Positions 1-7,676 of a stretch of DNA of 11,210 bases are shown here, piece after piece. The stretch lies in assembly GCA_004284765.1 (NCBI GenBank), contig NQJD01000053.1, positions 1-11,210 on the forward strand. The letters run 5' to 3'. The first letter of the stretch is position 1. Each line of letters begins with the position of its first letter. Origin of the DNA: Candidatus Electronema aureum. Lineage in GTDB: Bacteria; Desulfobacterota; Desulfobulbia; Desulfobulbales; Desulfobulbaceae. Under the pieces are notes generated by a model that was given only the letters and a program-made list of their open reading frames with translations, searched no databases and was not told the origin of the DNA. The position numbers and the translations under genes are program-made.

Positions 1-150
1 TTCATAACTGCCGGAAAAGAAAGCGGCGGCAGTCAAAGCTGCGGTCATGACCTCAGCCGTGCTCATCGTGCATTGCGGGTCATCGCGCCAGCCCTTGGAA
101 ATTAAAAAATCATCGCATAAACAGTAACATGTTGTAATCTTGAGTTCCAT
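1..150 (-). CDS. DDE transposase, N-terminal 50 codons only (IS982-like N-terminal motif), truncated by the window edge
   Basis: ATG is the complement of 148-150, preceded by the SD GGAGGA. Translation: MELKITTCYCLCDDFLISKGWRDDPQCTMSTAEVMTAALTAAAFFSGSYE. The CxxDDF ... MSxxEVMT layout is what I recall from IS982-type (and some IS4/IS5-like) transposase N-termini. The catalytic domain is not in the window. Confidence 0.75.
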   Translation of the reverse strand, partial: MELKITTCYCLCDDFLISKGWRDDPQCTMSTAEVMTAALTAAAFFSGSYE

Positions 151-252
151 GCTCTCCTCCGTGTGCGGTTATATTCGTGCCAGACAGCAGAAGTATACCA
201 TACTCGGGGAAGCATGGATTTTTCAAGAGTTATAGGTCACAACTTGGGTTAC
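1..252 (-). mobile_element. Partial insertion sequence copy (inner terminus plus 5' end of the transposase gene); the element continues beyond the window start
   Basis: Bases 1-252 are the reverse complement of 10959-11210 (250/252; mismatches at 168 and 204, partners 11043 and 11007). Identity stops abruptly at 252/253. The element end reads (GTA)ACCCAAGTTGTGACC in IS orientation. An AC-type end fits my memory of IS982-family termini, but the family call is tentative. Confidence 0.85.
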
Positions 253-253
253 C

Positions 254-895
254 TCAGAATATTTTTATCCTCTCACCGTGTTCCCACAAACCTTCATACG
301 AAGTGCCGTCTTTAAAGGTGTACGTCCCTTTGCCGTGCGGCTTCCCCTTTAACCAGCTCCCTGAATATTTGTCACCGGTTTGGTAAGTCATAGCACCATT
401 TCCGTGAGGATGAGTTCCTTTTGCCTCACCGGTGTATGTTGAATACCCTAAGTGTTTTCTATAATCACTGCCATCAGGGTAATCAATTATACCTTTTTGA
501 AAGTAACCATCTTTAAATTTTCCTGAGCAAGAAAGACCATCAGGGCGTTTCATAACGCCATTGCCGTTCATTTTCCCATTGTATAGATCGCCAACATATT
601 TTAATCCTTCAATTGTTTCAACTGAACAGTCATGGATGCACTGTCCAGCAATCATTCTTCCTTCTATAGTTGCCATCACCTTGTCTTTTTCGTAAAATTT
701 TAGTACACCATTTCCGTTAGCCTTACCATCTTTGCATTCTCCAGACCAAGAGATAGACGCAGGAGGAGGAACTTTAAAAATTAACACCTGACAACCAGTC
801 TTTTTATCTTTAATCCAATTACCTTCAATGCTTTCAGCATACACAGACGTTGCCGCAAGACATAACCAACAAACCAGAATCATTCTTTTCATCAC
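254..895 (-). CDS. Secreted MORN-repeat protein (213 aa)
   Basis: Complete ORF with the SD-like GAGGTG upstream of the ATG. Signal peptide MMKRMILVCWLCLAATSVYA/ES. Repeated YxGxxxxGKxxGxG units (YVGDLYNGKMNGNGV, YSGSWLKGKPHGKGT, YEGLWEHGER) are typical MORN repeats. The stop codon (complement of 254-256) lies 1 nt from the IS terminus. Confidence 0.8.
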   Translation of the reverse strand: MMKRMILVCWLCLAATSVYAESIEGNWIKDKKTGCQVLIFKVPPPASISWSGECKDGKANGNGVLKFYEKDKVMATIEGRMIAGQCIHDCSVETIEGLKYVGDLYNGKMNGNGVMKRPDGLSCSGKFKDGYFQKGIIDYPDGSDYRKHLGYSTYTGEAKGTHPHGNGAMTYQTGDKYSGSWLKGKPHGKGTYTFKDGTSYEGLWEHGERIKIF

Positions 896-958
896 GCCAC
901 CTCGTTGGAAAAAATAGATTGGCTAACTGTACCGCCTCTGTCCGCACCTTCTTTCACC

Positions 959-987
959 TTGCGCAAACACCGATTATACTCTATAAT
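959..987 (+). promoter_or_regulatory. Sigma70-type promoter for por (TTGCGC-17 nt-TATAAT)
   Basis: -35 TTGCGC at 959-964, a 17-nt spacer, and a perfect -10 TATAAT at 982-987. This implies a leader of roughly 180 nt before the ATG at 1177. Confidence 0.5.
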
Positions 988-1176
988 GACAGATTTCTGC
1001 TCTTTTCCGGCTGTCGGCCCGCAGTTTTCGCTGCGCCGGAACGCAGTCTTTCTCTGTAGCATCAAAACGCAATCACCGCAAGCTGCAAATTGCAGAACCG
1101 CAGCAGCCTTGCGTCCAGTTTGTATATTTTACGGCGCCCTGCCGGAACGTCAACTTCAGGATTAAGGGAGATTTAC

Positions 1177-4752
<3,576 letters not shown>

Positions 4753-4781
4753 GCTGGCTTAAAGCAGGTCTGAAAAAGACG

Positions 4782-4817
4782 GCCCTTCCCGGTGAAACGG
4801 GAGGGGCTTTTTGTTTT
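4782..4817 (+). terminator. Rho-independent terminator of por
   Basis: A 10-bp stem, GCCCTTCCCG (4782-4791) with CGGGAGGGGC (4798-4807), includes one G-U pair. The loop is GTGAAA, followed by TTTTTGTTTT (4808-4817). It starts 30 nt after the por stop. Confidence 0.85.
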
Positions 4818-4837
4818 CGAGCGCGAGGAAATCACAA

Positions 4838-4962
4838 TTTTCTATTTTCTCATAGGCCGCCGCTGTCTGCTCATAGGAAAAAGAGATGAGCAAATAGCCC
4901 GCGCCTGTTTCCTCATAGGCTTTTCCTATGAGGAAGTATATTTTTTCTACTTTCTCATAGTC
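4838..4962. repeat. Phased array of CTCATAGG motifs, including an 11-bp perfect hairpin; a further copy lies at 5075-5082
   Basis: CTCATAGG at 4849-4856, 4870-4877 and 4912-4919, and CTCATAGt at 4954-4961. Start-to-start spacing is 21, 42 and 42 bp. An inverted copy CCTATGAG sits at 4925-4932. TTCCTCATAGG (4909-4919) pairs perfectly with CCTATGAGGAA (4925-4935). The 19-bp units TTTTCTATTTTCTCATAGG (4838-4856) and TTTTCTACTTTCTCATAGT (4943-4961) match 17/19 and lie 105 bp apart. Confidence 0.8.
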
Positions 4963-5024
4963 GGAAGACACTTTCCCGCCGCTGCGCCCCGCCTGCCCTT
5001 GCCGCGAAGCCGCCTCTTTTTTTC

Positions 5025-5053
5025 TTGACAGAGCAAGTCCGCAGAGTTACGCT
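5025..5053 (+). promoter_or_regulatory. Sigma70-type promoter candidate (TTGACA-17 nt-TACGCT)
   Basis: -35 TTGACA at 5025-5030, a 17-nt spacer, and -10 TACGCT at 5048-5053. A sixth CTCATAGG copy (5075-5082) lies just downstream and overlaps the SD AGGAGG of the ATG at 5092. Confidence 0.4.
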
Positions 5054-5712
5054 TGCTCAATTCCCAAAAATTCCCTCATAGGAGGCCCGTCATGCCGGAA
5101 AAGACCGATCTCGAAAAAGTCGCCGAGCTGCTCAATACGATGAATAAAAGATCCTTTTATATAAAGGATCTGGATAGGTATTTGCAAGTAATTTTCTATA
5201 TACTTTGTATATGTTTTTCATTTTCTTCAAAAGAAAGTATAGCTGGGTTATTCGACAAGCCATTTCCTATATGCGAAAATATTAAAAGTTATATGGCTTT
5301 TGAGATGGCTACTTCTGTCAAATCAAGATGCGATAATACTGGTGTTGCGATGGAAATAAAAGAGCTTCATTATTTTTTAATTCTGAACTAACTTCAAAAG
5401 AAGCATCACCTAATAGTTGCAGGGCGAAATGTTTGCTTCTGAATGCTACAAGAGGAATGAGCATGGACTATTGTGTAAAAAATATCTTGGTTGCACCATT
5501 TATTGATGGATTTATGCAAAATGCAATTTTCAATAAAGAAACATGCATGGACATGAAGAAAAGATTGGCAAAAGAATGAACCTGATATTGCCAATCTATA
5601 TTGGCAATAATGAACTATCAATAATAACCGATAATCGGTAAAGCCATCCGTGATGGAACAATCCGTTCCTCCAGTAGAAAACAGGTAAAGCGTAACCTGG
5701 TACTTACTTGGC

Positions 5713-5751
5713 AATAGAGCTTTTGATTTTGCCGCACTCAAAAGCTCTATT
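5713..5751. repeat. Perfect 12-bp inverted repeat (hairpin or operator candidate) just upstream of the 5781 ORF
   Basis: AATAGAGCTTTT (5713-5724) and AAAAGCTCTATT (5740-5751) are exact reverse complements around a 15-nt loop. No T-run follows on either strand, so it is not a classical terminator. Confidence 0.7.
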
Positions 5752-5780
5752 AAAAGTGAAGCGGCGCAAAGGAGATAGAA

Positions 5781-5975
5781 ATGAGCTGGTCAAAGCCTGA
5801 GAAGACTTCGTGGGGTGGCGTGAAAAAGACAGATGACAGCGGGAAAGGATCCTTATATTCCCAAGACAATGAAAAGGGTGATGTTGATCGTTCTAATCAT
5901 GCCCATTTTCATAAAGATGGTGTTACCATAACAAAAGATGGTAAGAAATCAACTGTCTATAAGTCAAATAGATAG
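5781..5975 (+). CDS. Hypothetical small hydrophilic protein (64 aa); possibly an ORF carved out of the por relic
   Basis: ATG at 5781 with a strong SD AAGGAGA (5769-5775), and a strong terminator immediately downstream. The product MSWSKPEKTSWGGVKKTDDSGKGSLYSQDNEKGDVDRSNHAHFHKDGVTITKDGKKSTVYKSNR is Lys/Asp/Gly/Ser-rich and I recognise no family. It aligns loosely and collinearly with PFOR (see the pseudogene entry). Confidence 0.35.
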   Translation: MSWSKPEKTSWGGVKKTDDSGKGSLYSQDNEKGDVDRSNHAHFHKDGVTITKDGKKSTVYKSNR

Positions 5976-5987
5976 ATAGCGTAACGC

Positions 5988-6023
5988 ATAGGCTTCCTCT
6001 TGCTGGAAGCCTATCTTTTTTTT
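5988..6023 (+). terminator. Rho-independent terminator
   Basis: A perfect 10-bp stem, ATAGGCTTCC (5988-5997) with GGAAGCCTAT (6005-6014), has a 7-nt loop. It is followed by C and then eight T (6016-6023). Confidence 0.85.
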
Positions 6024-6073
6024 GCTAACGCAAGCACAAAGTATAGCAGCGTCCCCTCTCGAATATCCTCCTG

Positions 6074-6102
6074 TTGCCCTTATTCTCTCTAATTGCTATA
6101 AT
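6074..6102 (+). promoter_or_regulatory. Sigma70-type promoter of the RHH-MazF module (TTGCCC-17 nt-TATAAT)
   Basis: -35 TTGCCC at 6074-6079, a 17-nt spacer, and a perfect -10 TATAAT at 6097-6102. The leader that follows carries AGCAAC repeats at 6113-6118 and 6126-6131, and GCAAC at 6132-6136. Confidence 0.55.
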
Positions 6103-6160
6103 ACTTGAAGCCAGCAACTTCCCTTAGCAACGCAACTGTCTTTCCAGCCAACAGGATGCA

Positions 6161-6391
6161 ATGTATCACAAGATGAATATCACATTGTCAGATCAAACTG
6201 CGCATCTGCTTGAGCAACTGACGGACAGAATGAGCAAAAAAAGATTTATTGAAGATGCGGTTAAGTATTACATCGATCATATTGGAAAATCAAAGATTCG
6301 AGAGCAGCTTAAACAAGGCGCAATGGAACGTGCAGGAAGAGATTTGAAGCTCTCTCATGAATGGGACAGCTTGGAAGATAAAATATGGTAG
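6161..6391 (+). CDS. Ribbon-helix-helix (CopG-like) antitoxin partnered with MazF (76 aa; alternative start 6173)
   Basis: The N-terminus (MYHK)MNITLSDQTAHLLEQLTDRMSKKRFIEDAVKYYI has the beta-strand/helix/helix pattern of RHH proteins. The stop TAG (6389-6391) overlaps the toxin start in the sequence ATGGTAG, which is typical type II TA coupling. Confidence 0.7.
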   Translation: MYHKMNITLSDQTAHLLEQLTDRMSKKRFIEDAVKYYIDHIGKSKIREQLKQGAMERAGRDLKLSHEWDSLEDKIW

Positions 6392-6750
6392 CCCATCCTG
6401 AAAGCCCAACAAGAGGCGAGGTGTTTCTGGTCAATTTTGATCCGACAGTTGGAACTGAAATCAAAAAGACACGACCTGCGCTGATTCTCCAAAATGATGT
6501 TTCAAACGAATACAGCCCGATAACAATAGTCGCCGCAATAACCAGCCGCTTTGATGACAGCTTGTATCCAACCGAAGTGCTTGTCCGCCCGCCAGAAGGA
6601 GGCATGACGAAAGATTCCGTCGTCCTCCTGAATCAGATACGATCAATTGACAGACAACGGCTGATAAAAAAACTGGGGACGTTGAAGAAATCAACAATGA
6701 AAAAGGTGGATGCCGCTTTGCAAATCAGTTTAGGGTTGATTGAGATATAA
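6385..6750 (+). CDS. mazF: Type II toxin, MazF/PemK family endoribonuclease (121 aa)
   Basis: RGEVFLVNFDPTVGTEIKKTRPALILQNDVSNEYSPITIVAAITS...DSVVLLNQIRSIDRQRL matches the MazF/PemK signature (RGdi..v.fdP..G.E..k.RPalVl.., ..vv.apiTs, dqirtiDk.Rl). It overlaps the upstream antitoxin gene by 7 nt. Confidence 0.9.
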   Translation: MVAHPESPTRGEVFLVNFDPTVGTEIKKTRPALILQNDVSNEYSPITIVAAITSRFDDSLYPTEVLVRPPEGGMTKDSVVLLNQIRSIDRQRLIKKLGTLKKSTMKKVDAALQISLGLIEI

Positions 6751-6895
6751 TTTATCTCAAATATCAATCATGCAGCATCAGCATCAAGATAAATATCTTG
6801 GTCAACTTTGTTCTCGATGAACAGCAATTGCCTAAATCTATCCGAAATAACATTGCCGCGCATGAAGAAATAGAGCGGTGACAAATTCAAAAAAC

Positions 6896-7243
6896 ATGAA
6901 ACTCCCCAATGCTGAAAAAGCATTTGTTGACACTGAGAAGTTAAGCGGATACTGCCTCAATTCTGTTCATGAACGAGGTAAACACAAAGCCCATCTGTTT
7001 TCCTTGGTTCTTGGCCTGACAGCAGACGATGCTGAGGAAGTAAAAGCAGCAATCCTGCAAGCTGTCCAAGAGTGCGAAGCAGAACCCAGCAGCGAAGATC
7101 AATACGGGAAACGTTATGCAGTTGATTTTAAAATGACAACGAAGAAAGGTGCAGCAGAAGTGCGAAGCACTTGGATCATCAGGAGTCATGAAGATTTTGC
7201 CCGTCTGACAAGCTGCTATATCCTTAAAAAAAGGGAGGACTGA
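6896..7243 (+). CDS. DUF6883 family protein (115 aa from ATG 6896; the ORF-track GTG start at 6878 is possible)
   Basis: MKLPNAEKAFVDTEKLSGYCLNSVHERGKHKAHLF...YGKRYAVDF...STWIIRSHEDFARLTSCYI matches my recollection of DUF6883 proteins (MKLPN...KL.dYlL...H..G..KA..F ... YG.rY.v ... vW.v......PRlvTaY). The family call is from memory. Confidence 0.7.
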   Translation: MKLPNAEKAFVDTEKLSGYCLNSVHERGKHKAHLFSLVLGLTADDAEEVKAAILQAVQECEAEPSSEDQYGKRYAVDFKMTTKKGAAEVRSTWIIRSHEDFARLTSCYILKKRED

Positions 7244-7245
7244 GA

Positions 7246-7464
7246 ATGAATAGCCAGTTTAAAATGCTTGATATTGTCGCTCTCATCGAAGATTTACCAG
7301 AACACAACCTTTTCCGTGGACAGGTTGGCACAATTGTCGAAATTCTTGCTCCAGATGTTTATGAGGTGGAATTCTGCGACGATGAAGGCCAGATGTATGC
7401 TATGCAGGCTCTCCGTGCAGACCAGCTCATGGTTCTGCATTATCATCTTCTGAAAGCAGCTTGA
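7246..7464 (+). CDS. DUF4926 family protein (72 aa)
   Basis: The start lies 2 nt after the upstream stop, with the SD GGGAGGA inside the end of the upstream gene (translational coupling). MLDIVALIEDLPEHNLFRGQVGTIVEILAPDVYEVEFCDDEGQMYAMQAL matches my recollection of the small DUF4926 family, which is frequently paired with DUF6883. Confidence 0.7.
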   Translation: MNSQFKMLDIVALIEDLPEHNLFRGQVGTIVEILAPDVYEVEFCDDEGQMYAMQALRADQLMVLHYHLLKAA

Positions 7465-7465
7465 C

Positions 7466-7676
7466 TGAAAGCCCAGCATCATCAAGATCATCGGCACGGA
7501 GATCGAAAACTAAGCCTATGGCTACTCTTTGTTTACGATTTCAAGAAGTCAGGTTCGATGACCGTGTCGCATGTATCTGCGCTTCAGCGAGAAAGCTTGA
7601 GAAATTCTTCAGATCAAAGTCAAGACAGCTCAACGAGGGTATGATGGGCTGTCGCTTTTCCTCTTCACTCCGTCCT
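7466..7676 (+). pseudogene. Remnant of a second por (PFOR) gene, corresponding to about residues 440-520 of the intact copy, with stops, frameshifts and deletions
   Basis: 7475-7525 reads SIIKIIGTEIEN*AYGY; the intact copy has [17 protein letters not shown] (about 35/48 nt by hand for 7478-7525 vs 2500-2547). After a 2-nt insertion (7526-7527), 7528-7572 reads [15 protein letters not shown]; the intact copy has [15 protein letters not shown] (14/15 aa, 33/45 nt, mostly third-position changes toward A/T). After a 4-nt insertion (7573-7576) it reads LRFSEKA*; the intact copy has LRFGENK. Weaker YDGL...FLFTPS matches to YDML...FLLTTS run up to about 7676. Confidence 0.8.

Larger units (their letters stand above)
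5053..5975 (+). pseudogene. Probable decayed por paralog, left part (roughly PFOR residues 20-420); includes the ORF-track ORFs 5053-5391 and 5781-5975
   Basis: Short motif matches occur in the same order as in the intact copy, with stops and frame changes between them. FSFSS 5215-5229 (TFTASQ). SIAG 5236-5247 (KIAG). DNTGVAM 5332-5352 (RQTGWAM), followed by IKELHYFLIL (VQEAQDLALI). PFIDGF..I.NKE from 5486 (PFMHFFDGFRTSHEIQKVE). EPDI...YWQ 5578-5607 (NPDVYF). TGKA*P..YLA from 5681 (TGRKYRLFDYYGA). KGDRNELVKA 5768-5797 (EGRKVGMVVV). SGKGSLYSQD (PGAPGEPLYLD). KKSTVYKSN (AMVLAVYDN). Each match is weak alone; the argument rests on collinearity. Confidence 0.5.

Noticed and set aside
177-386. 69-aa plus-strand ORF
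   Set aside because: It crosses the IS terminus into the antisense strand of the MORN gene and is a chance ORF.
1090-1176. N-terminal extension of the por ORF given in the ORF track (start at 1090)
   Set aside because: There is no SD. The extension (MQNRSSLASSLYILRRPAGTSTSGLREIY) is not PFOR-like. The conserved PFOR N-terminus begins at ATG 1177, which has a good SD.
4838-4962. Possible CRISPR array
   Set aside because: The repeat core is only 8 bp (19 bp at most), the copies include an inverted one, spacing is 21/42 bp, and there are no cas genes. This is not a CRISPR architecture.
4759-5028. ORFs on both strands across the por terminator and the repeat array (4759-4971 minus, 4792-5028 plus)
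   Set aside because: They run through the terminator hairpin. Their repeated FLIG/LLIG/YEK peptides only mirror the CTCATAGG DNA repeats. Neither has an SD.
5565-5716. TTGGCAA/TGGCA motifs (5565, 5601, 5708) as possible sigma-54 -24 elements
   Set aside because: None has a properly spaced TTGC -12 partner.
5406-5741. 111-aa minus-strand ORF
   Set aside because: The translation is Cys/His/Phe/Ile-rich with no SD and no recognisable family. It lies antisense to the collinear PFOR-like matches and spans several palindromes. It is probably a chance ORF.
5982-6032. 7-bp direct repeat TAACGCA (5982-5988 and 6026-6032) flanking the terminator hairpin, as if it were a target-site duplication of a mini-insertion
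   Set aside because: A 7-mer recurring within about 50 nt can easily occur by chance, and there is no other sign of mobility.
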